64,000 nt of DNA from Glycomyces sp. (GCA_035765105.1 DASTYG010000107.1:16504-80503); one strand, 5' to 3'. Numbered from the stretch's first letter, positions 9,166 through 18,409 are shown. Notes: a model not told the origin generated them from the letters alone. Numbers and translations are program-made.

Positions 9166-11012
9166 CAGTAGGTCAGTCCGTGTCCGAACGCGAACAGCGC
9201 CGTGTCCGGGTCGTCGGCGGAGGGGACGTCGACCGGGAGCCGCCCCTGCGGGTCGAGCTCGCCGAAGACCACGCCGACGGCCGATCGCAGGCCGTCCTCG
9301 GCGTAGGAGTAGGTCGCCAGGTGGGCGGCGGTGTCGTCGCGGTAGTGGGCGATGTCGTAGGGGTTGCGCACCGCGATGGTGACCACGGGCGTCCCGGTGC
9401 CGTGCAGGGCCGCGACGAGGTCGGCCTGCGCCGGGTCGTCGGCGACGCCGTTGGTGGCGACCACGATCAGGTCCCTGCCCTCGGCCGCGGCGACGGCCTC
9501 GGCGATGGCCGCCTCGCTCGGGGCGGCCCCGGTGGCGAGGCCGTCCGCGCTCCAGCCGCGCTCGGCGAACTCGTCCGCGACGGCGGCGGTGGTGCTCGCG
9601 CCCCAGCCGGTGACCAGGGCGTCGCCGCCGGACCCGGCGAGGGGGAGGGTCCCGTCGTTGGCGACCAGCGTGGTGGTCAGGTCGCTGATGTCCTGGGCGG
9701 CCTGGAGGTGTTCGGGACCGCCGACGATCGCGTCGACCGCGTCGAGGTCGACGTACGGGTCGTCGAACAGGCCCAGCTCGTATTTGAGGTTCAGGACGCG
9801 CGTGACGGACTCGTCGATGCGCCGCTCGGACAGCTCGCCGCTCGCGACGGCGTCCAGGACCGCGCGGTAGGCGAGGTCGATGTCCGGGGGCATGAGCAGC
9901 ATGTCGGCCCCGGCGAGCAGCGCGAGGACCGGGACGCGGTCGTCGCCGTAGCCTTCGCGCACGCCTTCCATCGAGAGCGAGTCGGTGACGACGACGCCGT
10001 CGAAGCCGAGCTCGTCGCGCAGCAGCCCGGTGAGGATCGGCTCGGACAGCGTCGCGGGCGTCAGCGACCCGTCGAGCGCGGGGAACTGGATGTGGGCGGT
10101 CATGACGGTGTCGACGCCCTGCTCGATCGCGGCCTGGAACGGGGGCGCGTCGAGTTCGGTCCACTCCTGGTAGGTGTGGTCGATGCGCGGCAGGTCGGTG
10201 TGGCTGTCGTCGCTGGTGTCGCCGTGGCCGGGGAAGTGCTTGATGGTGGAGGCCAGGCCGCCCGACGCCTGGTAGCCCTCGACCTGGGCGGCCGTCATGT
10301 CGGCGGCGTGCTGGGGGTCGGAGGAGAAGGAGCGGACTCCGATGACGGGGTTGTCGGGGTCGACGTTGACGTCGGCGACGGGCGCGAAGTTCTGGTTCAG
10401 GCCCATGGCCTCGAGTTCGGCGCCGCTGATCGCGGCGGCGGTGCCGGCGGCCTCGGTGTCGTGGGAGGCGCCGAGGGCCATCGCGCCGGGCAGCTGGGTG
10501 GCGGGCGGGCCGATGCGGGTGACGATGCCGTGCTCCTGGTCGGTGGAGACCAGCAGCGGCGTGTCGCCGTGCTCGGCGGCGCTCTCCTGGAGCCCGTTGG
10601 AGAGCCCGGCGATCTGGCGGGGGTCGTTCACGTTGTTCGACCACGCGAAGTAGATGACGCCGCCGAGGTGGTACCGCTCGATGAGCTGGTCGGCGTTGTC
10701 GACGCCGTGGGCCTCGCGGTTGGCGGCGACGTCGGCGGGATCGGCGGTGTCGGCGGTCTCGCCGTGGGCGTAGGTGACGAAGAGCTGCCCGACCCGCTCT
10801 TCGAGGCTCATGCCCTTGAGGTGCCGTTCGACGAACCAGCGTCGGAGGAGGTCCTCCCACGGGCCGCCGTGGCCGTGGGCGCTCTCGATCGCGGCCGGTT
10901 CGTTCCGGGCGGCGGCCGGGGCGGCGGCCGCGGTGAGGAGGGTGGCGCCGAGGAGGGCGGCCAGGCCGAGGGCCCAGAGCCGCTCGGAGGTCGACTTGCG
11001 TTTCGCCTTCAT
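9165..11012 (-). CDS. nagZ: Secreted GH3 beta-N-acetylglucosaminidase (NagZ/YbbD-like)
   Basis: Signal peptide MKAKRKSTSERLWALGLAALLGATLL. GH3 motifs KHFPGHGDTSDDSH and VVTDSLSMEG. 615 aa. Confidence 0.8.
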   Translation of the reverse strand: MKAKRKSTSERLWALGLAALLGATLLTAAAAPAAARNEPAAIESAHGHGGPWEDLLRRWFVERHLKGMSLEERVGQLFVTYAHGETADTADPADVAANREAHGVDNADQLIERYHLGGVIYFAWSNNVNDPRQIAGLSNGLQESAAEHGDTPLLVSTDQEHGIVTRIGPPATQLPGAMALGASHDTEAAGTAAAISGAELEAMGLNQNFAPVADVNVDPDNPVIGVRSFSSDPQHAADMTAAQVEGYQASGGLASTIKHFPGHGDTSDDSHTDLPRIDHTYQEWTELDAPPFQAAIEQGVDTVMTAHIQFPALDGSLTPATLSEPILTGLLRDELGFDGVVVTDSLSMEGVREGYGDDRVPVLALLAGADMLLMPPDIDLAYRAVLDAVASGELSERRIDESVTRVLNLKYELGLFDDPYVDLDAVDAIVGGPEHLQAAQDISDLTTTLVANDGTLPLAGSGGDALVTGWGASTTAAVADEFAERGWSADGLATGAAPSEAAIAEAVAAAEGRDLIVVATNGVADDPAQADLVAALHGTGTPVVTIAVRNPYDIAHYRDDTAAHLATYSYAEDGLRSAVGVVFGELDPQGRLPVDVPSADDPDTALFAFGHGLTY

Positions 11013-11293
11013 GATGCGGACTCCTGCCTGTACAGGGGTTTCGCGTCGCGCCGGTGGGGCGCGGCGGTTTTCGGGGGGTGTGCGGCGCCGAAGCGGGTAT
11101 GGCCCCCTTCGGGCGGGTACGGCCCCTCCGCATCATCCTGGCAGAACTCTTCACGATAAATCAATATGCTGAAGAGAAACTTCAAATCTGGCGGTCCGGC
11201 GTCGCCGCGCCGATCCTGTGAAAACCTCTCGGTTCGGCGGCGCACCTGAGAGGATCGGGACGGGCGCCCGCCCGCACCGATGGGAGGCACACG

Positions 11294-11782
11294 ATGCGAA
11301 TCGCCGTCACCGGCCACCGCGACATCCGCGGCACCACCATGATCGACGTCGACACCGCGCTCCGCATGCTGCTGGCCGAGTTCGAGGACCAAGGCGCCAT
11401 AGTGGGCCTCACCTGCCTCGACGAAGGCGTCGACCAGGCGTTCGCCAAGGCGGTGCTGGACTTCGAGGGCGCGATCGAGGTCATCGTGCCCGCCGCGGAC
11501 CACCGCAAGACCCTCGCCGAGACCAACCTGCTCGAATACGACCGGCTCCTCGGCCGGGCCGCCGACATCCGCGAACTCGACTACCGCGAGGCCACCCCCG
11601 AGGCCCGCATGGCGGCCGCGGTGACCATGCTGGACGCCGCCGACCACCTCCTCGCGGTCTGGGACGGCGCGCCCGCCCGCCTCCCCGGCGGCACGGCCGA
11701 CGTCGTCGCGGCCGCGAAGGACCGCGGCCTGCCCGTCACGGTCGTCTGGCCCGACAGCGCCGAGCGCGCCGAGCCGGTCTGA
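11294..11782 (+). CDS. Small Rossmann-like protein, possibly SLOG/LOG-YpsA-like
   Basis: MRIAVTGHRD start, central GVDQAF and C-terminal PGGTADVV resemble SLOG/LOG-type nucleotide-binding signatures. The call is from memory. Confidence 0.6.
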   Translation: MRIAVTGHRDIRGTTMIDVDTALRMLLAEFEDQGAIVGLTCLDEGVDQAFAKAVLDFEGAIEVIVPAADHRKTLAETNLLEYDRLLGRAADIRELDYREATPEARMAAAVTMLDAADHLLAVWDGAPARLPGGTADVVAAAKDRGLPVTVVWPDSAERAEPV

Positions 11783-11797
11783 CCCCCGCGGGCCGCC

Positions 11798-12172
11798 TCA
11801 GGCCGACTGCGGCACCGGCGTCTGCTGGTAGACCGCGAGCCTCCAGCCGTCCCCGTCCCTGACGTACACCGAGGACATGAGCGCGTCGAACCGCGCCTCC
11901 TCGCCCTCGCGCCAGGCCCGGCCCCGGTAGACCAGCGCCCGGCCCTCCCCGCCGACCGCGACGACCCGCGCGTCGTCGATCGTGTAGCCGCTCCAGGCCG
12001 GCGCGTCCTCCAGCGAGGCCGCCACCGCGGCCCGGTCCAGGGCGAAGCCGTGCGCGAGGACCATCACGCCGTCCTCGGTCATGACCGACCCGTAGAAGGT
12101 CGCCCCCGTGCCCTCGCACAGCGACCGCCACCCGGCGTGTTCCAGTTCCAGCAGTTCGTCGATGATGCCCAT
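11798..12172 (-). CDS. SnoaL-like/DUF4440 (NTF2 fold) protein
   Basis: Start chosen at MGIIDELLELEHAGWRSL...; the upstream part of the track ORF is Arg-rich GC artefact. 124 aa. Confidence 0.65.
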   Translation of the reverse strand: MGIIDELLELEHAGWRSLCEGTGATFYGSVMTEDGVMVLAHGFALDRAAVAASLEDAPAWSGYTIDDARVVAVGGEGRALVYRGRAWREGEEARFDALMSSVYVRDGDGWRLAVYQQTPVPQSA

Positions 12173-12263
12173 GCGCCCCACTCTACGAACCGCCCCGACC
12201 GGCCGCGGACCCCCCGCCGCCCCCTCGGGTTTGCCCGCCGCGCAGCGGGCAATCCCTGCCCGC

Positions 12264-13031
12264 ATGCGCGTCATCACGCAGCACCTCCTGGGGCGGCGCC
12301 GGGACTGGCACCGCCGCCGGACCGTCCTCGCCACCGGGCTCGCGCAGGCGCCGCCCGACGTCGTCCTGTTCCAGGAGGCGGTCGCCGACGGCGGCTACGA
12401 CCAGGCCGCCGACCTCCTCGGCCCGGACTTCCACGTGGCCCGCCAGACCGACCGGGCGCCGGACGGCTCGGGCATCGCCGTCGCCAGCAGGTGGCCCCTG
12501 GGCGAAGTGAGCGAACTCGACCTGCGCGTCCCCTCGCGCCCGCCCGGCCGCCCCGCCGGGGCCATCGCCGTCGACGTCCACTGGCCGCACAGCGCGACCC
12601 CGCTCCTGGCGGTCAACCACAAGCCGTCCCGGGAGGCCGACGCCGGGGCCGAACGCGAGGCCCAGGCCGTCGCCGCCGTCCGCTTCGTGGCGCAGATCCT
12701 CGAACGCACCGGCCAGCCGGTCCTCCTCGGCGGCGACTTCGGCGCCGGGCCCGAGTCGCCGAGCGTCCGCTTCTGGAACGACTCCTACACCGACGTGTGG
12801 CGGCAGTGCAACGGCGCCGACCCGGGGCCGACGTTCGCGCCCTCGCTCAACGCCCTGGCCGCGGGCGGCGGCGGCGACCGCAGGACCGACTACCTGTTCA
12901 CCCGCCGCGGCGACTTCGGCCCCGCCCTGACCGCCTCGCGCTGCGAGCGGATGCACACCGTGCCGGTGCAGGGCGTCTGGGCCAGTGACCACTTCGGACT
13001 CATGGCGGAGTTCGACGTCCCGCGCGACTGA
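12264..13031 (+). CDS. Endonuclease/exonuclease/phosphatase (EEP) family protein
   Basis: MRVITQHLLG... start; C-terminal SDHFGLMAEF is the EEP catalytic His signature. Confidence 0.8.
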   Translation: MRVITQHLLGRRRDWHRRRTVLATGLAQAPPDVVLFQEAVADGGYDQAADLLGPDFHVARQTDRAPDGSGIAVASRWPLGEVSELDLRVPSRPPGRPAGAIAVDVHWPHSATPLLAVNHKPSREADAGAEREAQAVAAVRFVAQILERTGQPVLLGGDFGAGPESPSVRFWNDSYTDVWRQCNGADPGPTFAPSLNALAAGGGGDRRTDYLFTRRGDFGPALTASRCERMHTVPVQGVWASDHFGLMAEFDVPRD

Positions 13032-13174
13032 CCCGCGCGCCGCCCGCCGAAACCGGTCACCGTCGGTATGCTGACCGACTACCGGAGGCGTTCGGCGGTT
13101 GCATCCCCGCCGAACGGGTACGCGGTCTCGACGGCCAAGGGGCGAGCGGACCGGCGAACGGAGGCGGACACGGC

Positions 13175-13606
13175 ATGGGGGACCGGGCACGGGCGAGACT
13201 CCGCCGCCGCGGCGCCGCGCTCCTGACCCTCCTGGCCCTCGCCTCCTGCTCCAGCTGGGCCGCCTCCACCGGCACCGAGCACGACCGGCTCACCGCCACC
13301 GCCCACAGCCAGGTCCAGACCACCCGCCTGGTCGCCGATGCCGCGCTCCAGGACCCGCCCGCCCCCGCCGTCACGCTCACCGTCGTCCTCGACGACACCC
13401 GGACCGAACTCACCGGCCTGCGTCAGGACCTGGCCGAGCTCCCCGAGGGCGGCGGCGAGCTCAGGGCACTGATCGACGACGCCCTCGCCCTCGTCGGCCG
13501 CACTCAGGGCGCCGTCGAGGACGCCGACCGCGACGCCCTGCGCGAGGCGCGGCGGCACGCCGGGGCGCTCGCCACCGCCCTCGAAGACCAGAGCGAGCTG
13601 CTGTGA
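13175..13606 (+). CDS. Lipoprotein, function unknown
   Basis: Lipobox LLALASC after a basic N-terminus. Its stop overlaps the next gene's start (GTGA). Confidence 0.65.
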   Translation: MGDRARARLRRRGAALLTLLALASCSSWAASTGTEHDRLTATAHSQVQTTRLVADAALQDPPAPAVTLTVVLDDTRTELTGLRQDLAELPEGGGELRALIDDALALVGRTQGAVEDADRDALREARRHAGALATALEDQSELL

Positions 13607-14832
13607 AGCGACTCCTCGCCCTCACCATGGGCATCCTCACCGCCATCGGCGGCTTCGTCGACATCGGCGACATCGTCACCAACGCCACGACCGGCGCCCG
13701 CTACGGCCTCGGCCTGGCCTGGGTCGTGGTGGTCGGCGTGATCTGCATCTGCGCCTACGCCGAGATGTCGGGCCGGATCGTGGCCGTCGCCGGACGCCCC
13801 GTCTACGACGTGATCCGCGAACGGCTCGGCCCGCGCGCCGCCCTGCTCAACCTCATCGCCTCCTTCCTGGTCACCCTGTTGACCATGGCCGCGCAGATCG
13901 GCGGCGTCGCCATCGCGATCCAACTGGCCAGCGGCATCCCGCACGTCGTGTGGGTGGCGCCCGTCGCCGTCGGCCTGTGGCTGGTGATCTGGCGCGTCGG
14001 CTTCGAGAAGATCGAACAGGTCCTCGGGCTCGCCGGGCTCACCATCGCGGTGTTCGCCGTCGCGATCTGGTGGCTCGACCCCGACTGGACGGCCCTGGCC
14101 GACCAGGCCACGAGCGTCATGCCCCCGGCCGGCGAACCGGTCCCCACCTACTTCTACTACGCGGTCACCCTGTTCGCCGCCGCGATGACGCCGTACTCGG
14201 TGTTCTTCTTCTCCTCGGGCGGCATCGAGGAGCGCTGGTCGGCCAAGGACCTCGGCACGCAGCGCGCCAACGTGCTCATCGGCTTCCCGCTGGGCGGCCT
14301 GCTCTCCCTCGGCATCGCGGGCGCCGCCGCCGCGACCATGCTGCCGCTGGGCATGGACGTGGACAGCCTCGGCCAGGTCGTGCTGCCGGTCGGCATCGCC
14401 TTCGGACTGGCGGGCATCATCGTCGTCCTGTTCGGATTCTTCGCGGTGATGGTCGGCGCCGCCTTCGAGGCCGCGATGTCCTGCGGCTACATGGTCTCGC
14501 AGTACTTCGGCTGGCCCTGGGGCAAGCGCGTCGCCCCCGGGCGCGCCCCGCGCTTCCACGCCGTGGTGGCCGTCTCGATCCTGCTCGCCCTCCTCATCGT
14601 CCAGACCGGCGTGGACCCGGTGATGGTCACCGAGATCTCGCTGATCAGCGCGGCGGTGGCGCTGCCGCTCACCTACCTGCCGGTCCTCATCGTCGCCAAC
14701 GACAAGGAGTACCTCGGCGAGCACGTCAACGGCAGGCTCAGCAACGCCGTCGGCCTGGCGGCGATGGTGGTGGTACTGGTCGCCGCGGTCGCGGCGATCC
14801 CGCTGATGATCACGACGGGGATGGGAGCATGA
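13603..14832 (+). CDS. Divergent Nramp/SLC11-like metal transporter
   Basis: Multi-TM protein aligning to Nramp TM1/TM6, but with DIGD in place of DPGN and AMTPY in place of (A)xxMPH. The GTG 13603 start overlaps the upstream stop; ATG 13627 is an alternative start. Confidence 0.75.
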   Translation: MKRLLALTMGILTAIGGFVDIGDIVTNATTGARYGLGLAWVVVVGVICICAYAEMSGRIVAVAGRPVYDVIRERLGPRAALLNLIASFLVTLLTMAAQIGGVAIAIQLASGIPHVVWVAPVAVGLWLVIWRVGFEKIEQVLGLAGLTIAVFAVAIWWLDPDWTALADQATSVMPPAGEPVPTYFYYAVTLFAAAMTPYSVFFFSSGGIEERWSAKDLGTQRANVLIGFPLGGLLSLGIAGAAAATMLPLGMDVDSLGQVVLPVGIAFGLAGIIVVLFGFFAVMVGAAFEAAMSCGYMVSQYFGWPWGKRVAPGRAPRFHAVVAVSILLALLIVQTGVDPVMVTEISLISAAVALPLTYLPVLIVANDKEYLGEHVNGRLSNAVGLAAMVVVLVAAVAAIPLMITTGMGA

Positions 14833-15227
14833 GGCACACCGACTGGCACGGACGCGACCGGATCGACCTCGGCACGCAACTGCTCGACCGGCAGATCACC
14901 GCGCCGGGGGCCCGAGCGGTCGGCAAGGTCGACGACGTCGAGCTGACCCGCCGCGACGACGGCGCCCTGGAGGTGACCGCGCTGCTGGTGGGCGTCGCGG
15001 CCCTCTGCGAACGCACCCCCTCGCCCGAACGCGGGCTCCTGCGCCTGGGGATGCGCCTGGCCGGCGGCCCCGACCCCGCCCGCCGCATCGGACTCGAACA
15101 CGTCGTGGACGTGCAGTCCGACGTGGAGGTCACCGAGGAGGGCGCGAACGAGGCCGCCAGCCCGGCCGAGCGGCGGTTCGGCAGGCTCGTCCGGCGGATT
15201 CCGGGAGCGGGCCGTGAAGGGGGCTGA
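14829..15227 (+). CDS. PRC-barrel-like domain protein
   Basis: The ATG overlaps the transporter stop (ATGA). Pattern LLDRQITAPGARAVGKVDDVELTRRDDGALEVTALLVG. Confidence 0.55.
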   Translation: MRHTDWHGRDRIDLGTQLLDRQITAPGARAVGKVDDVELTRRDDGALEVTALLVGVAALCERTPSPERGLLRLGMRLAGGPDPARRIGLEHVVDVQSDVEVTEEGANEAASPAERRFGRLVRRIPGAGREGG

Positions 15228-15534
15228 CCTGTTCAACGCCGCGGTGCTCGACCCCGGCGGGCGCCGCGTCGGCATGGTGATCGACATCCGCACCGCCCCC
15301 GCGCCCGACCGCCCCGCCCTGGTGGTCCAAGGGCTCGTCATCGGCCGCAGGCACGTCCGGCTGTTCGGCTACCAGCGCAGCGACGAGGTCGGGCCGAAGC
15401 CGCTCAGCCGGATCTCGGCCCTCCTGCACCGCGACACCCGCTACGCCCCGCTCGCCGACGTGGACCTCGCCTCCCCCGGCACCGTCCGCCTGCGCGTCCC
15501 CTGGGACGACCTCGACCTGCTCGCCGACCGCTGA
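15214..15534 (+). CDS. PRC-barrel-like domain protein (second copy)
   Basis: Overlaps the preceding ORF by 14 nt. Pattern AAVLDPGGRRVGMVIDIRTA...LVVQGLVIG. Confidence 0.5.
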   Translation: MKGADLFNAAVLDPGGRRVGMVIDIRTAPAPDRPALVVQGLVIGRRHVRLFGYQRSDEVGPKPLSRISALLHRDTRYAPLADVDLASPGTVRLRVPWDDLDLLADR

Positions 15535-15610
15535 GCGCGTTTAACGCCCCGGAGCCCGGGAACGCCTCAGCGCACGCCGGACCTCGGCGGCCACAGGAGA
15601 GGAGCCGGAC

Positions 15611-15748
15611 ATGAGACGGCTGATCAAGAACGTGGCGATCACCGCGGGCCTGGCCGTGGGCAGGCGGCTGTGGCGGCGCTACCGGCGCAACCGCGGCGCC
15701 AAGGCCGCCGGCCGGTCCGCGACGGGCGCGAGCGACGCCCGGCGGTGA
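15611..15748 (+). CDS. Possible 45-aa basic, single-TM peptide
   Basis: ATG preceded by GGAGAGGAG. Translation MRRLIKNVAITAGLAVGRRLWRRYRRNRGAKAAGRSATGASDARR. Below the track cutoff. Confidence 0.3.
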   Translation: MRRLIKNVAITAGLAVGRRLWRRYRRNRGAKAAGRSATGASDARR

Positions 15749-15969
15749 CGCCCGGGCGGCCGCGCCGCCGACCGGACCGGCCGCGCGGCACGGAAGCGCC
15801 GCCGGCGCCCGGTCCCCTGTGCTCAGAGCGGAGGTCCGCCGACGGCGGCCCCTCCCGGCCGCGATCGCCCCTGAAGCGCAGGTCAGGAGGTTCACAGCGG
15901 ACCATGACCACGATGCCGGGCCCCTCCGGCTAGGCTGGCGGCGCACCCCCACAACCGAAGGAGCGGCCG

Positions 15970-16440
15970 ATGCGAGGCGAGCACCACTACGAAGTCACCG
16001 TCCGATGGACAGGGAACACCGGCTCCGGCACGTCGAGTTACCGGGGCTACGGCCGGGACCACGACGTCCTCGTCCAGGGCAAGCCCACGCTCCAGGGCAG
16101 CGCCGACCCGGCGTTCCGCGGCCAGGCGGACCGGTGGAACCCCGAGGACATGCTCGTGGCCGCGCTCGCCGAATGCCACATGCTGACCTACCTGGCGCTG
16201 TGCGCCACGCACGGCGTCGTGGTGACCTCGTACGAGGACATGGCGACCGGCCGGATGGAGATGACGGTGGGCGGCAGCGGCCGCTTCGTCGAGGTCGTGC
16301 TGAACCCCAAGGTCGCCGTCACCGCCGAATCGAGCATGGACCAGGCCGTGGAGCTGCACCTGGAGGCCAACAAGTCCTGCTTCATCGCGAACTCGGTGAA
16401 CTTCCCGGTCCACCACAACCCCGTCGTCGAGGCCGTCTGA
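15970..16440 (+). CDS. OsmC/Ohr family peroxiredoxin-like protein
   Basis: 156 aa with the two conserved Cys contexts (ALAECHMLTY, ANKSCFIANS). Confidence 0.8.
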   Translation: MRGEHHYEVTVRWTGNTGSGTSSYRGYGRDHDVLVQGKPTLQGSADPAFRGQADRWNPEDMLVAALAECHMLTYLALCATHGVVVTSYEDMATGRMEMTVGGSGRFVEVVLNPKVAVTAESSMDQAVELHLEANKSCFIANSVNFPVHHNPVVEAV

Positions 16441-16465
16441 GCCGCGGGCGCCGCCGCGCGCCCGC

Positions 16466-16792
16466 TCAGTCGTCCATCGGGCGCAGCCGGAGCTTGCGGG
16501 CGTCGACCGAGACGACCCGGTACGAGAGCTCCAGGGCGTCCCGCGGCCCGGAGGTGTAGATCTCGTCGCGCCGCGGGGACCGCCACCGGCCCTCGATCGC
16601 GACCGGGGCGTCGGTGGCGCTGAACTCGTAGCGGATCACCGTGCCGTCCGGGCGGAACTCGATGCTGTCGCGGCCCCGCCCGAGCGTTATCGGATCGTCG
16701 AAGGGCCGGTAGGCGCGCACGCGGGCCGCGGGTTCGTCCTCTTCGGCGATGTGCACCCAGCGGCGGAACAGGTCCTCGGATGGCTCGCTCAT
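16466..16792 (-). CDS. Hypothetical protein
   Basis: Start chosen at MSEPSEDLFRRW...; no recognised family. Confidence 0.5.
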   Translation of the reverse strand: MSEPSEDLFRRWVHIAEEDEPAARVRAYRPFDDPITLGRGRDSIEFRPDGTVIRYEFSATDAPVAIEGRWRSPRRDEIYTSGPRDALELSYRVVSVDARKLRLRPMDD

Positions 16793-16865
16793 GACTGCCT
16801 CGCGGGTGGTCGGTTGCCGGTCGCGGTGCGGAGCGCCGGTGGCCCGCGCGCTCCCCACCCCGATA

Positions 16866-17819
16866 TTAGGCCGCGGCCGGGGTCAGGTCATCGGGTTCGG
16901 CCGGTTCGCCCGACGCCTCCAGGAAGGAGCTGCGCGGCCCGGCGAGGCAGGCGTCCATCCGCTCGGTCTGCCCCTCGGTGAACATGACGGCCGCCGCGTC
17001 GTCGCTGTAGTCCATGAAGTTCATGAACAGGTCCCCGTGCGGGGCGTTGTCGCAGCTGATGTTCGGGAACCGGGGGACGCCGCGGTTCGGGCCGCCCTGG
17101 TTCGGGGTGTCGTCGACGAAGTCGCTGCCCGAGCAGCCCTCGCCGTCGTCGCCCCAGATGTGGCGCAGGTTGAGCCAGTGGCCGATCTCGTGGACGGCGG
17201 TGCGGCCGCCGTCGAAGGGCGCGGTGGCGGTGCCGGTGGTGCCGAAGCCCCGGTGGTTGACGACGACGCCGTCGGTCTCCGGCTCCCCGCCGGGGAACTG
17301 GGCGTACCCCAGGAGGCCGCCGCCGAGGGGGCAGACCCACAGGTTCAGGTAGCGGTCGGCGGGCCAGGCGTCGGCGCCTCCGGAGGCGCTGTGCTTGACC
17401 GCGTCGTCCGCGTCGAACAGCGCCGTGTCCGTCCGCGTGCGGGTGACGCCGGTCGTCGGCTCGCCGTCGGGGCCGGTCGCGGCGAGCGCGAACTCGACGC
17501 GGGCGTCGGCGACGAGCGGCGCGAACGGCTCGGGGACGGTGTCGAGGTCGGCGTTGCGTTTCCGGAAGTCGGCGTTGAGCACCGCGATCTGGCCGTCGAT
17601 CTGCTCGTCGGCGATGTTCTGGGCCTCCTCGTGCCAGACCACGTGGACGACGACGGGGATGGTGACCGTCGTCTCGCGGCGGGCCCCGCGGCGCCAGGCG
17701 AACGCCTGGTCCTCGATGCCGGTGCGCGCCTCGGCGTAGCGGGGCTGCACCTCCAGCAGGTGGTGGTGCACGGCCATGGTGCCGCACCAGCGTGTGATCT
17801 CCAGTCGTTCCTCGGACAT
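16866..17819 (-). CDS. Zinc metalloprotease, M43 (pappalysin/ulilysin-like) family
   Basis: HEIGHWLNLRHIWGDD is the extended HExxHxxGxxH metzincin motif. No obvious signal peptide at MSEERLEIT.... Confidence 0.75.
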   Translation of the reverse strand: MSEERLEITRWCGTMAVHHHLLEVQPRYAEARTGIEDQAFAWRRGARRETTVTIPVVVHVVWHEEAQNIADEQIDGQIAVLNADFRKRNADLDTVPEPFAPLVADARVEFALAATGPDGEPTTGVTRTRTDTALFDADDAVKHSASGGADAWPADRYLNLWVCPLGGGLLGYAQFPGGEPETDGVVVNHRGFGTTGTATAPFDGGRTAVHEIGHWLNLRHIWGDDGEGCSGSDFVDDTPNQGGPNRGVPRFPNISCDNAPHGDLFMNFMDYSDDAAAVMFTEGQTERMDACLAGPRSSFLEASGEPAEPDDLTPAAA

Positions 17820-17977
17820 GGTCGCCTCCAAAAGCACCCGTCGTCGTGTTCGTCCGGTATCAACCGATATTACGCCGAAAGAGCGACCTTGGGTATCCCC
17901 CGAACGCGCGTATCAGCGGAGGGGGCGCCGGTCCCGGAGCGCGCGGACGCTCCGGGACCGCGCGAAGCGCTTGCCGT

Positions 17978-18409
17978 TCAACGGAACCGGGCGACGTAGC
18001 GGTGCTGCCAGGGCGTCTCGACGGCGCGCGGGCGGTAGTGCTCGCGGACGTAGGCGACGGCTTCGGCGTTCGGCACGCCGTCGAGGACCGCGAGGCAGGC
18101 CAGGGCGGTGCCGGTGCGGCCGTGGCCGCCGCCGCAGGCGACCTCGACGCGCTCGTCGGCCGCCCGCTCCCACGCCTCGCGCAGCTCCCGGGCCGCCGCC
18201 GAGGAGCGCAGCGGCAGCCCGAAGTCGGGCCAGCGCAGCCAGCGCGACTCCCACGCGACGGCGGGCGGGCGCTTCCCGAGCAGGTAGAGGCCGTAGGTCG
18301 GCTCCTGGCCTTCGGGGAGCGGCAGGCGGACGCCCCTGCCGCGGACCAGCCGCCCCGAGGGCAGCGCCATCAGGCCGGGCGTGGCGGCCTCCCAGGGTTC
18401 GACGCTCAT
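17978..18409 (-). CDS. Cys-based protein tyrosine/dual-specificity phosphatase-like protein
   Basis: CX5R(T) P-loop VACGGGHGRTGTA. Its ATG overlaps the upstream VOC gene stop (ATGA). Confidence 0.7.
   Translation of the reverse strand: MSVEPWEAATPGLMALPSGRLVRGRGVRLPLPEGQEPTYGLYLLGKRPPAVAWESRWLRWPDFGLPLRSSAAARELREAWERAADERVEVACGGGHGRTGTALACLAVLDGVPNAEAVAYVREHYRPRAVETPWQHRYVARFR

Noticed and set aside
7855-11154. A 1099-aa ORF that appears to span the DUF1343 gene and the GH3 gene region.
   Set aside because: Only the last ~431-436 codons (from ATG 9150/9165, with a Tat signal) look like a protein. The upstream 660 codons are an Arg/Pro-rich alternative frame of the genuine GH3 gene 9165-11012.
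13089-13117. A hairpin (CGTTCGGCGG-9 nt-CCGCCGAACG) upstream of the lipoprotein/Nramp-like operon, considered as a metal riboswitch.
   Set aside because: It is a simple 10-bp stem with none of the conserved features I know from yybP-ykoY or other metal riboswitches. It is more likely a weak terminator for the upstream EEP gene or has no function.
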